IMG/VR virus record: IMGVR_UViG_2897118514_000003
Coordinates: 62,001 to 124,254 of that record
Direction: 5' to 3' (one strand)
DNA length: 62,254 nt
From: an uncultured virus (IMG/VR IMGVR_UViG_2897118514_000003)
Taxonomy: Duplodnaviria; Heunggongvirae; Uroviricota; Caudoviricetes
The notes under the pieces were generated by a model. It had not been told where the DNA came from and did not search any database. It was given only the letters and a program-made list of their open reading frames with translations. Positions 40,980 through 52,824 of this stretch are shown one piece after another. The translations under genes were made by a program, and so were the position numbers. Positions within the stretch are counted from its first letter, which is position 1. Every line of letters begins with the position of its first letter.

Positions 40980-41627
40980 ATGATACCGGTGGTGGCTATT
41001 ATGGATCCAATGTATTGGTTTATCTTATTCTTATTATGTATTGTATTGCCAATCTCAATTATTTGGGCAATTACATCTTCAATAAAGCAGAAAGAAAATA
41101 AAACAGCACATCAATATTCGAAATATAATTTACAGAAGCATGATATTGAGTTTCAAGCTGATCGTTACTATATTTCACCAGAAAATAATACTAAAATCTC
41201 TTTTAATAAAGACAAACAACTTTTCAAGCTTTATTCCAAAAATGGCGAAAATATTAGTGAGACATGTATACCATTCTCTAATGTAATTGAATCAACAGTT
41301 ATTATCGATGATCAAACTATAGCTAAGGCTGAACGAGGTAACCAGATAGTCGGAGCTCTAATCGGTGGAGTAGTTGCTGGTGGAATAGGTGCTATAATAG
41401 GTGGGTCATCAGCCAATACAGTAAATCATAAGTATATCAAAAAAGTAGTACTTAAAATAATTAATGACGATTTTAATTGTCCAAATTACTATATAAATTT
41501 CTTGCCTTTTAATGAAAAAGGATTTTTAAATTCTGATCCTGTTTGTATAAACGCTATTAAGGAAGTTGAATATTGGCAAAGTGTTTTTGAATTAGCTATT
41601 CATAAAGCAAGTAAAGTCGCTCAATAA
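40980..41627 (+). CDS. Membrane protein at the yomJ position (likely start ATG 41001)
   Basis: N-terminal TM, GALIGGVVAGGIGAIIGG glycine zipper; own TGGTATAAT promoter at 40963-40971 and terminator. Confidence 0.7.
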   Translation: MIPVVAIMDPMYWFILFLLCIVLPISIIWAITSSIKQKENKTAHQYSKYNLQKHDIEFQADRYYISPENNTKISFNKDKQLFKLYSKNGENISETCIPFSNVIESTVIIDDQTIAKAERGNQIVGALIGGVVAGGIGAIIGGSSANTVNHKYIKKVVLKIINDDFNCPNYYINFLPFNEKGFLNSDPVCINAIKEVEYWQSVFELAIHKASKVAQ

Positions 41628-41646
41628 TTGGGTGACTTTTTATTTT
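41614..41646 (+). terminator. Intrinsic terminator
   Basis: AGTCGCTCAA-TAA-TTGGGTGACT then TTTTATTTT. Confidence 0.7.
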
Positions 41647-41680
41647 GCCCTCTCCCCTACTGAAAGGAAGTGATTCTTAC

Positions 41681-44600
41681 TTGAGTCAAAACCTCAAAAT
41701 TATACTAACCCCACAAGCTGATACCTCATCTAAAACTGTCGAACAGTTAAATCAGCAAATTAAATCTCTGGAAAAGAAACTCAACTCCCTCAAGCTCAAT
41801 ACGAATATTGATTCTACAACCTTAAAAGCTCTGCAAGAATTCTCCTCAGCTGTCGATGCATATCAGAAAAACCTAAAATCCTATAATCAAACAGTTAGAG
41901 AAACCTCAACAGTAATTAAGAATGCTGACGGATCGGTTGAAAAACTCACCCAGCAATATAAGAAGAATGGTGAAATACTTCAACGCGAAACGAAAATAAT
42001 CAATAATCGTAATACAGCATTAAAGCAAGAAACTCAAGAGGTTAACAAGCTTACACAGGCCACTGAGAAACTAGGACAGGTTCAAAAAAAGACTGTGCAG
42101 AGAAATCTGCAAGGACAACCAACAAAGGTTGTGCAGAAAAATCGCCACGGATTCGATGATATTGTTTATACAACTGATCCTAAAACTAATTCGACCTCTT
42201 CAAAAACTACAACTAATTATGACCAACAAAGGAGAGCAATTGAGCAGCTTAAGCAAGATTTAGAGAAGCTTAGACAGCAAGGTATTGTTACCGATACGAC
42301 CATCTCATCTCTTGGCCGAAAAATAAACACAGCTCAATCTGCTCAACAAATTGAAGCACTGCAAAATAAGATAAGGATGTTAGATGATAAATCTGCGGCA
42401 GTTGCGAAGAACAATGAATTAAAGAAAACCATTGAATTATATCAGAGACAGGCACAAGTAAATGTTCAAAACCTAAATACACGGTATGGCAGTTCTATGG
42501 GCTCTAGTAATAGACAAGCTACTCAAGATTATTTAAATGCAGTAAATAGTCTTAATCTAAGTGCCGGCGGTAGTAATATCAGATCTCAAATGCAAAGCTT
42601 GAACATGCAATTCAGGGAATTAGCTTCAAATGCTCAAACAGCGTCTAGTCAAGCCTCGTCTTTTGGTGCGGAGTTAACTCAAGCTTTCAAAAGTATGTCG
42701 ACATATTTGATCTCCGGTTCTTTGTTCTATGGTGCTATATCTGGGCTCAAGGAAATGGTATCTCAGGCGGTTGAAATTGATACTCTAATGACAAACATCA
42801 GACGTGTAATGAATGAGCCTGATTATAAGTACAATGAGCTACTCGAGGAATCAATAAACCTAGGTGACACCCTTTCAAATAAGATCACTGACATACTCCA
42901 AATGACTGGCGATTTCGGACGTATGGGTTTCGATGAAAGTGAACTGTCTACGCTTACCAAAACCGCTCAGGTTCTACAAAACGTCTCAGATTTAACTCCT
43001 GATGATACAGTTAACACTTTAACTGCCGCAATGTTAAACTTCAATATTGCAGCTAATGATTCTATATCAGTCGCAGATAAGCTAAATGAAGTAGATAACA
43101 ACTACGCTGTAACCACTCTTGATCTAGCCAACTCAATTCGAAAAGCAGGAAGTACTGCTTCTACTTTTGGTGTTGAATTAAATGACCTGATTGGTTATAC
43201 TACAGCAATCGCAAGTACTACCCGTGAATCGGGAAACATTGTTGGTAACTCATTAAAGACAATTTTTGCACGTATCGGGAATAATGATAGCTCAATTAAA
43301 GCCCTAGAACAGATTGGCATTTCTGTGAAAACAGCTAGTGGCGAGGCTAAATCTGCTACTGATTTAATTAATGAGTTAGCAGACAAATGGAATACCCTCA
43401 GCGATGCTCAAAAACAAAATACCTCAATAGGTGTAGCGGGCATTTATCAGCTTTCTAGATTTAATGCCTTGATGAATAATTTCTCCATATCACAAAATGC
43501 AGCGACCACTGCAGCTAATTCCGCAGGAAGCGCTTGGAGTGAACAGCAGAAATACGCTGACAGTTTACAGGCAAGACTAAACAGGCTGTCAAATGCATTT
43601 ACAGAAATGTCGGTTGCCTCAAGTGAAGCCTTCATCTCTAATAGCATTGTTGTTTTTGCAGATGCACTTAAAGGATTAATGCAAACAAGTGCTCAAATTA
43701 CTAAAACAGTCGGGCTCCTCCCTCAAGTTTTTGGTTCTGCGACAACTGCAATCCTGCTTTTCAATACATCTCTTCGTACAGCTACTATCTCAACTGGAAT
43801 GTCTGCAATATCAACCCTAAAAAATCTGGTCTTAAACTTTAATGCTGTTGGGATTGGCGCAACCACAGCTTCAGCTAAAACTGCAATTTGGACTCGAGTG
43901 GTTAATGCTTCAAGCGTTGCGATGAGCAACCTAAAGAAAGTAGCAATCTCTACAAGCGCGTTTTTAGCCGGCAGTTTTCTCCCTATGGCAGCCATGGTTG
44001 GACTCGGCGTGGTTATTGAGAAGTTAATTTCTTCTTACTCTGAGTTGAAACAAGCTAGAGAAGATTTTGAACAAGCGAAAACTACAAGCATTGAAGCAAT
44101 TACAACCAATAAAGACGAAACTGATAAACTGATTAGCCAATACAAAGAACTGCAAAAGGCTAAAGATGGCGGGGCTTTATCAGCCAATCAGGAGCAAGAA
44201 TACCTACAAGTAACACAACAATTAGCACAAACATTCCCGAATTTGATCGCTGGCTATGATTCTCAAGGACAAGCAATCTTAAAGAAAAACCAAGCACTTA
44301 AGGATGCTATAAAGTACACTGAAGACCTTAGTAATCTAAACAAAAAAGACATTCAAACAGGTGCCAATAGCAACTTTAAGGAAAGCTTAAAAGACATTGA
44401 TAAACTCAATGATAAGATTAAACAGTATAAGCAGATTGCCGATTATTATAAAAACGGCAAGAGCTGGGATATTTTCTCTTCTGAAAATGACAAAAAAAAT
44501 CAAGGTATTAAAGCTGAACAAGATGCACTACGTACTGAACAAGAGCTATCCAGCTCACAAGCTAAAATTAGAGAGCAAGTGCAACAGACAATTGATGCCT

Positions 44601-47600
44601 TTAACTCAATAAAGATAAATCCAAATCTTTCAAGGGAAATATCTAACGCATTCGATAAAATTGACTTCAGCAAAATGAATGCAGATGAACTTGAGTCATT
44701 TTCAATAAATGTTTCGAAATACATGGAAAATATCCAAAAAGCGCTGCAATCGGGCAACAGAAACAATTTTGATTCCGCCTCTAAAAGCTTAGAACTGCTT
44801 GTTAATCAATATATGAGTGGGAAAGATAAAGCTAATGGTTTGGCTTTATCTTATGATGACCTTAAAACTGCCATTGACTCTACAAATGATTCAGCAAAAA
44901 CTGCAAAAGTAACCTGGGATGAAAATGGTGAAGGTGTAGATGCACTAGGTGAGCAAGTCGGTAATTTATCTGACAAGCTCAAAGAAGCTAAAGGTGATTT
45001 TGAAGCAATTAAAGGAATCATCGATGATTTAGTTGAATCGAAGCAAAATGATGCTGCTATATCTGCCATTCAAAATGAAGCCTATGACACTATGTCTGAC
45101 AGCATCTCCCCTTTAAATAACCTCCTTGAAAAAATGTCTGAAGGTAAAAGCATATCTGCAACAGAAGCCATGAAGCTTATTCAGAAAGAACATGATCTTG
45201 CTGATGCAATTTCTGTTGAAAATGGTGTTGTGAAAATCAACAGAGATGCAGTTGTTAAGCTACGTGACGCCAAGCTAAAAGCGTACAGTGACATGCAGCA
45301 GTCTGTTAAGCAGGATCTAATAAATCAAGCTAATGCTTTAAACAAGAAGATTAATATGTATAAATCTGAAGTTAAAGCGATCAAAACTGTTCAAGATGCT
45401 TATAATTTGAAATCAGATCTTGAAAAACAAAAGCAGAAAATTCTTGAGGAAATGAAAAAAGGTAATGGCGGAGCAATTCAATACCTTCCTAAAACCCAAG
45501 AAGATTTAAATCAAGTTACTGACATTACTGATCAACTTGATGAACTTGATAAATTAGCTGATTTAGCCTCCTCTTCTCTATCAGAGACTGGTACATCAAT
45601 GGAAGATATGTCTTCATCTGCAGAAAAAGCTTCTGAAGAAGTAAAAACTTCCATGTATGTTGTTGATAAATACAAGGAAGCATTAGAAAAAGTTAATGCT
45701 GAGATTGACAAGTACAACAAGCAGGTCAATGATTATCCAAAATACTCTCAGAAATATCGAGATGCAATTAAGAAAGAAATTAAAGCACTTCAGCAAAAGA
45801 AAAAGCTTATGCAGGAACAAGCTAAGCTGCTTAAAGATCAAATTAAATCTGGTAACATTACTCAATACGGTATTGTAACATCTACAACTTCTTCTGGCGG
45901 AACCCCCTCCTCAACTGGTGGATCATATTCAGGCAAGTATTCAAGCTACATAAATTCAGCAGCTAGTAAATACAATGTTGACCCTGCCCTTATTGCAGCT
46001 GTAATTCAGCAAGAATCAGGGTTTAATGCTAAAGCACGATCTGGCGCAGGTGCTATGGGATTAATGCAACTGATGCCCGCAACAGCAAAAAGCTTAGGAG
46101 TAAATAACGCTTACGATCCTTATCAAAATGTTATGGGTGGAACAAAGTACCTCGCCCAACAGCTTGAAAAGTTTGGCGGTAATGTTGAAAAAGCATTGGC
46201 TGCATATAATGCTGGGCCTGGTAACGTAATTAAATATGGTGGTATCCCTCCTTTTAAAGAAACACAGAATTACGTCAAGAAGATCATGGCCAACTACAGC
46301 AAATCCCTCTCCTCTGCCACTTCTTCAATCGCCAGCTATTATACAAATAATAGCGCTTTTAGGGTAAGCTCCAAATATGGACAACAGGAATCTGGTCTCC
46401 GCTCCACCCCACACAAAGGAACTGATTTTGCTGCAAAAGCAGGTACAGCAATTAAATCCCTTCAAAGTGGTAAAGTCCAAATTGCTGGCTACAGTAAAAC
46501 TGCAGGTAACTGGGTTGTTATTAAACAGGATGATGGAACGGTTGCCAAGTACATGCACATGCTTAACACTCCTTCTGTAAAAGCAGGTCAATCAGTTAAA
46601 GCCGGTCAAACTATTGGTAAAGTTGGTAGCACAGGGAACTCGACTGGGAACCACCTTCATTTACAGATCGAGCAGAATGGAAAAACAATCGATCCTGAAA
46701 AGTACATGCAAGGTATTGGAGCTTCTATTTCAGATGCGTCACAAGCTGAGGCAGAACGGCAACAAGGGATAGCCCAGGCTAAATCTGACCTCCTCTCCCT
46801 TCAAGGAGATATCAGTTCAGTCAATGATCAGATTCAAGAACTTCAGTATGAACTAGTTCAATCCAAACTCGATGAGTTTGATAAAAGAATTGGGGATTTT
46901 GATGTTCGGATAGCTAAAGATGAATCAATGGCTAACCGATACACTTCTGACAGCAAGGAATTCCGCAAATACACCTCTGATCAGAAAAAAGCTGTTGCAG
47001 AACAAGCTAAAATCCAACAACAAAAAGTTAATTGGATTCAAAAAGAAATAAAAACAAATAAAGCATTAAACTCCGCTCAACGTGCCCAGCTTCAAGAAGA
47101 GCTTAAACAAGCCAAGCTAGATTTAATTTCTGTTCAAGATCAGGTTCGTGAGCTACAGAAGCAACTTGTCCAATCTAAAGTTGATGAGACGCTTAAGTCA
47201 ATTGAAAAGTCATCTTCTAAAACCCAAGGGAAAATTAAAGATGTTGATAATAAAATTTCAATGACTGAAGAAGATGAGGACAAGGTTAAGTACTATAGCA
47301 AGCAGATAAAGCTCATTCAGCAACAACAAAAGGAAGCCAAAAAATATATCAAACAGCTTGAAGAGCAAAAGAAAGCTGCGAAAGGTTTCCCTGACATCCA
47401 GGAACAGATCACTGAAGAAATCGAAAACTGGAAAGATAAACAGAAAGATTTTAACCTTGAGCTTTATAACACCAAGAAGTCGATCAAGGATATCTATAAA
47501 TCATTGGCTGATGAAGTTGTATCCATATACAAAGAGATGTACGAAAAAATGCGTGATATTGAGTTAGAAGCGCATCAGAAAGCGACTCAAGACTTGATCG

Positions 47601-48532
47601 ATGAGATAGACAAGACTGATGACGAGGCTAAATTTCAAAAAGAATTAAAAGAAAGACAAGACAGTATTCAAAAGTTGACTGACCAAATTAATCAATACTC
47701 TCTTGATGATTCTGAATTCGGAAAGTCAAAAGTCAAAGAACTAACTGAACAGCTTCAAAAAGAACAGTTAGACCTTGATGATTTTCTAAAGGATCGCGAA
47801 AGTAACAAACGGAAAGAAGCGCTCCAAGATCAGCTCGAAAAAGATGAGGAGTCAATCAACAATAAATACGATAATCTTGTAAATGATGAACGAGCCTTTA
47901 AAAAGCTTGAGGATAAGATTATGAATGGAAAAATCACCGATATCGCTAAGCAGCTTAATGAGTTTTCTAAGTTTATTAATACCAATATGGAGTCCATTGG
48001 AAAAAGTATTTCAAACAACCTGATTGATAAACTCAAAGAAGCATCTAATGCACTGAATACTGCTGTCAAAGGCAACACGACAGGTAAAAAAGTATCCTCT
48101 TTCGCTTCTGGAGGATACACTGGAACAGGATTAGGTGCTGGTAAACTTGCATTCCTACATGACAAAGAACTGATCTTAAATAAAACTGACACAGCCAACA
48201 TCCTTGATACGGTAAAAGCTGTTCGTGAAACCGCTGTGGACGATTCCCCAAAATGGGGCCAAGGAGTAAAATTAGCAGACCTTATTAAAAAAGGAATTAC
48301 TTCTATTCCTTCATTAGTTCCTAACGTTAATCAATCAATGTTAACAAACAGTTTAATTCCAAATTTAAAGAAGATTGATATCCCCTCAAAAACAATTGCT
48401 TCTTCTGGAGATAAAACAATTAATTTAACGAATACTTTCCACATTGATAAGCTAATAGGAGGAGAATCGGGAGCGAGATCGATGTTTGAAAGCATTAAAA
48501 ACGAAGTTGTAAAACTAAATGGTAGCATGTAA
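41681..48532 (+). CDS. cwlP: CwlP/YomI tape measure protein with lytic transglycosylase and M23 peptidase domains
   Basis: ~2283 aa from TTG 41681; TP901-type tape measure core, [29 protein letters not shown]. Confidence 0.93.
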   Translation: MSQNLKIILTPQADTSSKTVEQLNQQIKSLEKKLNSLKLNTNIDSTTLKALQEFSSAVDAYQKNLKSYNQTVRETSTVIKNADGSVEKLTQQYKKNGEILQRETKIINNRNTALKQETQEVNKLTQATEKLGQVQKKTVQRNLQGQPTKVVQKNRHGFDDIVYTTDPKTNSTSSKTTTNYDQQRRAIEQLKQDLEKLRQQGIVTDTTISSLGRKINTAQSAQQIEALQNKIRMLDDKSAAVAKNNELKKTIELYQRQAQVNVQNLNTRYGSSMGSSNRQATQDYLNAVNSLNLSAGGSNIRSQMQSLNMQFRELASNAQTASSQASSFGAELTQAFKSMSTYLISGSLFYGAISGLKEMVSQAVEIDTLMTNIRRVMNEPDYKYNELLEESINLGDTLSNKITDILQMTGDFGRMGFDESELSTLTKTAQVLQNVSDLTPDDTVNTLTAAMLNFNIAANDSISVADKLNEVDNNYAVTTLDLANSIRKAGSTASTFGVELNDLIGYTTAIASTTRESGNIVGNSLKTIFARIGNNDSSIKALEQIGISVKTASGEAKSATDLINELADKWNTLSDAQKQNTSIGVAGIYQLSRFNALMNNFSISQNAATTAANSAGSAWSEQQKYADSLQARLNRLSNAFTEMSVASSEAFISNSIVVFADALKGLMQTSAQITKTVGLLPQVFGSATTAILLFNTSLRTATISTGMSAISTLKNLVLNFNAVGIGATTASAKTAIWTRVVNASSVAMSNLKKVAISTSAFLAGSFLPMAAMVGLGVVIEKLISSYSELKQAREDFEQAKTTSIEAITTNKDETDKLISQYKELQKAKDGGALSANQEQEYLQVTQQLAQTFPNLIAGYDSQGQAILKKNQALKDAIKYTEDLSNLNKKDIQTGANSNFKESLKDIDKLNDKIKQYKQIADYYKNGKSWDIFSSENDKKNQGIKAEQDALRTEQELSSSQAKIREQVQQTIDAFNSIKINPNLSREISNAFDKIDFSKMNADELESFSINVSKYMENIQKALQSGNRNNFDSASKSLELLVNQYMSGKDKANGLALSYDDLKTAIDSTNDSAKTAKVTWDENGEGVDALGEQVGNLSDKLKEAKGDFEAIKGIIDDLVESKQNDAAISAIQNEAYDTMSDSISPLNNLLEKMSEGKSISATEAMKLIQKEHDLADAISVENGVVKINRDAVVKLRDAKLKAYSDMQQSVKQDLINQANALNKKINMYKSEVKAIKTVQDAYNLKSDLEKQKQKILEEMKKGNGGAIQYLPKTQEDLNQVTDITDQLDELDKLADLASSSLSETGTSMEDMSSSAEKASEEVKTSMYVVDKYKEALEKVNAEIDKYNKQVNDYPKYSQKYRDAIKKEIKALQQKKKLMQEQAKLLKDQIKSGNITQYGIVTSTTSSGGTPSSTGGSYSGKYSSYINSAASKYNVDPALIAAVIQQESGFNAKARSGAGAMGLMQLMPATAKSLGVNNAYDPYQNVMGGTKYLAQQLEKFGGNVEKALAAYNAGPGNVIKYGGIPPFKETQNYVKKIMANYSKSLSSATSSIASYYTNNSAFRVSSKYGQQESGLRSTPHKGTDFAAKAGTAIKSLQSGKVQIAGYSKTAGNWVVIKQDDGTVAKYMHMLNTPSVKAGQSVKAGQTIGKVGSTGNSTGNHLHLQIEQNGKTIDPEKYMQGIGASISDASQAEAERQQGIAQAKSDLLSLQGDISSVNDQIQELQYELVQSKLDEFDKRIGDFDVRIAKDESMANRYTSDSKEFRKYTSDQKKAVAEQAKIQQQKVNWIQKEIKTNKALNSAQRAQLQEELKQAKLDLISVQDQVRELQKQLVQSKVDETLKSIEKSSSKTQGKIKDVDNKISMTEEDEDKVKYYSKQIKLIQQQQKEAKKYIKQLEEQKKAAKGFPDIQEQITEEIENWKDKQKDFNLELYNTKKSIKDIYKSLADEVVSIYKEMYEKMRDIELEAHQKATQDLIDEIDKTDDEAKFQKELKERQDSIQKLTDQINQYSLDDSEFGKSKVKELTEQLQKEQLDLDDFLKDRESNKRKEALQDQLEKDEESINNKYDNLVNDERAFKKLEDKIMNGKITDIAKQLNEFSKFINTNMESIGKSISNNLIDKLKEASNALNTAVKGNTTGKKVSSFASGGYTGTGLGAGKLAFLHDKELILNKTDTANILDTVKAVRETAVDDSPKWGQGVKLADLIKKGITSIPSLVPNVNQSMLTNSLIPNLKKIDIPSKTIASSGDKTINLTNTFHIDKLIGGESGARSMFESIKNEVVKLNGSM

Positions 48533-48558
48533 GAGTCTGCAAAAGCAGACTCTTTATT
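48531..48558 (+). terminator. Intrinsic terminator
   Basis: AAGAGTCTGC-AAAA-GCAGACTCTT then TATTT. Confidence 0.75.
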
Positions 48559-48582
48559 TAACTTAACTTGAGGTGGAAACTC

Positions 48583-49341
48583 ATGATTAGAGAAAGTCAA
48601 TACTTTATGTTCAATAATATCCCTTCTTATGAATTAGGAGCCGTAAATGTAAATACAGAAGGAGGACTTTTAGAGGAGTCGTTTATTGCAAATAGAACAG
48701 TAAATGAAACATACACTAGGCTATCTTCAGAACCATATGTAGACAATGTCAAACTTGAGCCATATGAGATCCCATTGAATTTTTACATAGAAAATCATCT
48801 AGATGAAAAAAATGTTCGAAGAGTTGCTCGTTGGTTAAATGTAGATGATTATAAACCTCTATCCTTTAGTAGAAATTTAGACATAATTTATTTTGCCTTG
48901 CCAATAAACGCTACAGATTTAGTTCATAACTGTTCTAACGATGGATATGTGAAGCTCACAATGAAGGTATTCCCCTATAAATATGGACAAGAAACAACAA
49001 CTCATTGGTTTGATGTCACATCAGGTGTTAAGAATATTGAAATTGAAAACATAGGAGATGTGGACATTCCGTTATCTCTTGAATTTAAGAAGATAGGCGA
49101 CGGTGACATAACTGTTGAGAACTTAACTTTATATAGAACACCTCTGAAGTTTACGGGAATAAAACATCATGAAGTTATCAATGTTGATTCCAATAAAAAA
49201 TTGATCACTTCAAGTATTTCGGGTTATGAATGTTATGACCAAGTAAATGAAGAGTATGTGATTTTAACAAGAGGTAAAAACAGAATTAAAATAAATGGTG
49301 AGTGCTATATTCGATTAAAATACCGATACAAATATTTATAG
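48583..49341 (+). CDS. yomH: YomH, distal tail (Dit-like) protein
   Basis: 252 aa from ATG 48583; follows tape measure; L.RG.N.I.I C-terminus. Confidence 0.8.
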   Translation: MIRESQYFMFNNIPSYELGAVNVNTEGGLLEESFIANRTVNETYTRLSSEPYVDNVKLEPYEIPLNFYIENHLDEKNVRRVARWLNVDDYKPLSFSRNLDIIYFALPINATDLVHNCSNDGYVKLTMKVFPYKYGQETTTHWFDVTSGVKNIEIENIGDVDIPLSLEFKKIGDGDITVENLTLYRTPLKFTGIKHHEVINVDSNKKLITSSISGYECYDQVNEEYVILTRGKNRIKINGECYIRLKYRYKYL

Positions 49342-49352
49342 GAGGATGTATT

Positions 49353-51979
49353 TTGTTAAATAAGTTTAAACCAGGCGAAATCCTCCTTTCTTTAGCAAAA
49401 CCAAATAAAAAGAAAATCGCTAATATTGCGGATTTCTCAAATGTATCTCTTAATCTAAGCTTTGCTGATTTAAATGATCTATCTTTTAATATTCCACTCA
49501 AAGCCAGGTATAATTTTTTGATGAAGCCAAACCATGTGGCAAAACTAATGCGTGAGTGGTATCTTATCAAGGCAGAATTCTTAAACAGAGTTGAATGGTT
49601 TGTGATAACCGGTTTAACAAAATCAGAAAATGAGGAGCAAACAATACAAGTTAGATGTCAAGAACTACCGTACATCCTTCATAAAAACAAAATAAGGTCA
49701 TATCAAGGAGTTTCAAAGAATCTACAGGAAGTGGCCACTGATTGTCTTAAAGGCACAAGACTCAATATCGGTTATATTGATCCTTCATTTAATGAAAAAA
49801 GACGATCATTTGATGTCACTTCAACAAGATATGAATTTTTAAAAACGATATGGGAAACTTTTGAGGCAGTCCCAGTCTTCGACACTGTAAAGAACACTGT
49901 CTCTTTTTATAAGAAAGACACAGTATCCAAGTACAAAGGTGTCCAATTCTCCCCTGAACGATTTATGATTGATATGGAAGATACCATTGATATTGATGAA
50001 GTCGTAACACGTTTAAACATCACAGGTAAAGACGGAATTGTGATTAATTCGGTAAACCCTACTGGACAGAGTTACTTGGACGATTTTTCTTATTTTCTAT
50101 ATCCTTTTAAACGTGATAAAAACAGAAATGTAATAACACACAGTGATTACATGGATGATGATTTATGTCATGCGATTTTGGATTATAATGAACTTGTCAA
50201 TAAAGAAGGCTCTTCTTTCCACCTCCTTTTAAACCAAAAAAGGGATTTAGAAACCCAAAAAACGACTCAAGAAAATAAACTCTTCACTCTTGAAAACATT
50301 GAGCTACAGCAAATTTTAGATAAGATAACCGTAGCGAAAAAAGCCGGTGACGACACAAAAGATCTTATTAACCAAAGAGATGCAAAACTATTAGAAGTTA
50401 CCGCCAAAAAAGCTGAAATATCTAGAATAGACTCGCAAATCACAAACATTTCTCAGGAAATAGAAAAACTAAAAGACCGTTTATCGATGGACAAGTTTCT
50501 TGGTGAGGAGCTTAAGAAACAACTGTCTTATTTTATTTTTGAAGATGATTGGACTAATGATAATATTTTTGATGAGACAGAGCTTTACGAAAAAGGGTTA
50601 GAGGAACTGAGCAATAGAAACGCTCCCCCTGTTGATATCAGAACGAACATCGTAAACCTATTTAATGTTAATAGCGAAAAGGCATTTTGGGATAGAATAT
50701 ATCTCGGAGATATAATCAGGGTAGTTAATAAGAATTTCAGAACCGATGTCAAAGCAACCCTTTCAGGGATGACTTTCGATTTTGATCAACAGAGTATACA
50801 GGTTACACTCTCAAACGGGAAAAGAGCCAGGTCATTGGAACAGGAATTTGCTAATACTTTGTATACAACTAAGAAAGCATCCACAGAGTATAATAAGAAA
50901 AAAATTGATTATGATACACTTCTTGTTAATTACAATGCACGTAATGATCGTATCTCATCTCCTGTGGCAAACCCAACTATTCTTAATAACGGAACTGCAA
51001 TAACACATGTTGTCAACGATAATGGATCGGTTGATATCTCCATTGAATGGCAGTTCCCAAATTCTAAAGAGGATAAGTACAATATTGACGGATTCCTTGT
51101 CCACTGTTACTCAGATACATCTTCAGACACCTATATATTTGGATCAAAGATGTCATCTGAACAGTATCTATCGGTTAGCTATGATAAGAGAATCGCAACC
51201 CTTACAGGCCAGGTTTCAAATAAGTATTATACGTTTGGAATTCAAGCCTACCGGACTGTTGAAGCGTCTATTGATAGCAGCGGACGTATACTTTCCGACA
51301 TTATTCAACCCCAATTTCCTTCAGAGAACCCCTACCTCCCCTCTAATTCGGTTGAAGTTAAAGGAAGCCTTAGTGGAAAAGTTAATGGTCTCTATACAAT
51401 CTCCACAGAAACTAAGCCAGAAGATCCAGAGACAGGGACAATTTGGATCAATCCCCAGAACAATAAACAAGAACTGTTTAACGGAGAAGAATGGATTGTC
51501 TCATCTGCAGGTTCAGCAGACTCCTTAAATGGTTTTACAGCTTCTACAACCACCTCGCCAAATTCAATACCAGTGCGCAATGAATTAGGAATTATTAGTG
51601 GTTCAATAGACGGTAATGCAGAGTTGTTAGGTGGACGACCAGCATCAGATTATGTATTAGCTGAAAATATCCCCGTTCCTCCCAAGTTTGCTAAAGGTGT
51701 TTACACAGGAGACGGCACTTTAAGTAAACAAATTCCGCTTGCCTTTACCCCCGATTTAGTTAAAATAACTCCGATTTCACCTGAAGACAGTCAACTAGTA
51801 ATTGAAAGTCAATTGGGGGCTATGCCTATCAAGTTACTTCAACCGGACTTTCCCTTATTGGAGGAGATTTAAGCTATGGTGCTTTGGGAAACAACCTTTT
51901 TATCACAGGCTCAGATAGTAGCTGCAGAGGAAATAAATTAAACGTTAAATATATCTGGGAAGCTTACCAACAAAATTAA
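49353..51979 (+). CDS. yomG: YomG tail tip (Tal-like) protein with apparent 1-bp deletion at G-run 51815-51819
   Basis: As written stops at 51872; one extra G restores [17 protein letters not shown] and 875 aa ending just before the yomF RBS. Confidence 0.8.
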
Positions 51980-51993
51980 CGGAGGTGATTAAA

Positions 51994-52812
51994 CTGGCTG
52001 ATTTTGCTGAATTATATAATGACCCAATTTTAAGTAAAAAGAGAATAGGTTCTGTTGAAGACCCGTATCTAACTTATAGCGAGACATTAACTGTATACAA
52101 CGGAAGAGCACTCCTAACTGAGATTCCTAACAGAGAGTTTCGTGTAGAAGTTATTGGAGATGAGAAGGAATGGCGAGAAATTGAAGATGGTGAACTAGAA
52201 GACAATTATTTTAAGGTTGACTACCTTATGGGAGTTGTCTTTTTTAATGCTTCAAATGAAGGGAAATCGCTAACCTTTAATTATAGTGGTGAAGGAGCTT
52301 CCTTCTTCCCTGCCTCTCGAATTTGGATTAAACGCCAAGGCAATATGGTTATTGAGACTCTACAAGGACTTATCGATGATGCTGAAGACACAATAATTCG
52401 GATGAATGAGCGAATTGCTGAATGTGAACGAGTAACAAAACGATGCATCGAAATAACAAACTGGTGTAGACAAGCAACTTCTGATTACGAGTATGTAGTT
52501 GAGAACACTAGAAAAATATATTTGCCGATGGTTTATACATATCAAGATTTAATGGATACTTACCCAAATCCTCAAATTGGGTGGGTTGTTACTATTCGAG
52601 ATACCGGTATTGAATATCGCTGGGATGGTTTTGACTGGATTAATATTAGCATTTCAGACCAATTCGATGGTTATAACGTTGTTTCAAGTTATATTGAACC
52701 TTACAATATTCGAACAGTGTGGCTGAGGACAAATAGCCCGCCTAGCAAAAAAAGAGTAAAACCTTCTAAAGATGCACCTGACGGTAGCATGGTTTGGATA
52801 AGGAAAGGATAA
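51994..52812 (+). CDS. yomF: YomF baseplate/tail protein, probable CTG start
   Basis: GGAGG at 51981-51985 then CTG at 51994; synteny. Confidence 0.7.
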   Translation: MADFAELYNDPILSKKRIGSVEDPYLTYSETLTVYNGRALLTEIPNREFRVEVIGDEKEWREIEDGELEDNYFKVDYLMGVVFFNASNEGKSLTFNYSGEGASFFPASRIWIKRQGNMVIETLQGLIDDAEDTIIRMNERIAECERVTKRCIEITNWCRQATSDYEYVVENTRKIYLPMVYTYQDLMDTYPNPQIGWVVTIRDTGIEYRWDGFDWINISISDQFDGYNVVSSYIEPYNIRTVWLRTNSPPSKKRVKPSKDAPDGSMVWIRKG

Positions 52813-52824
52813 GGAGGAACATTA

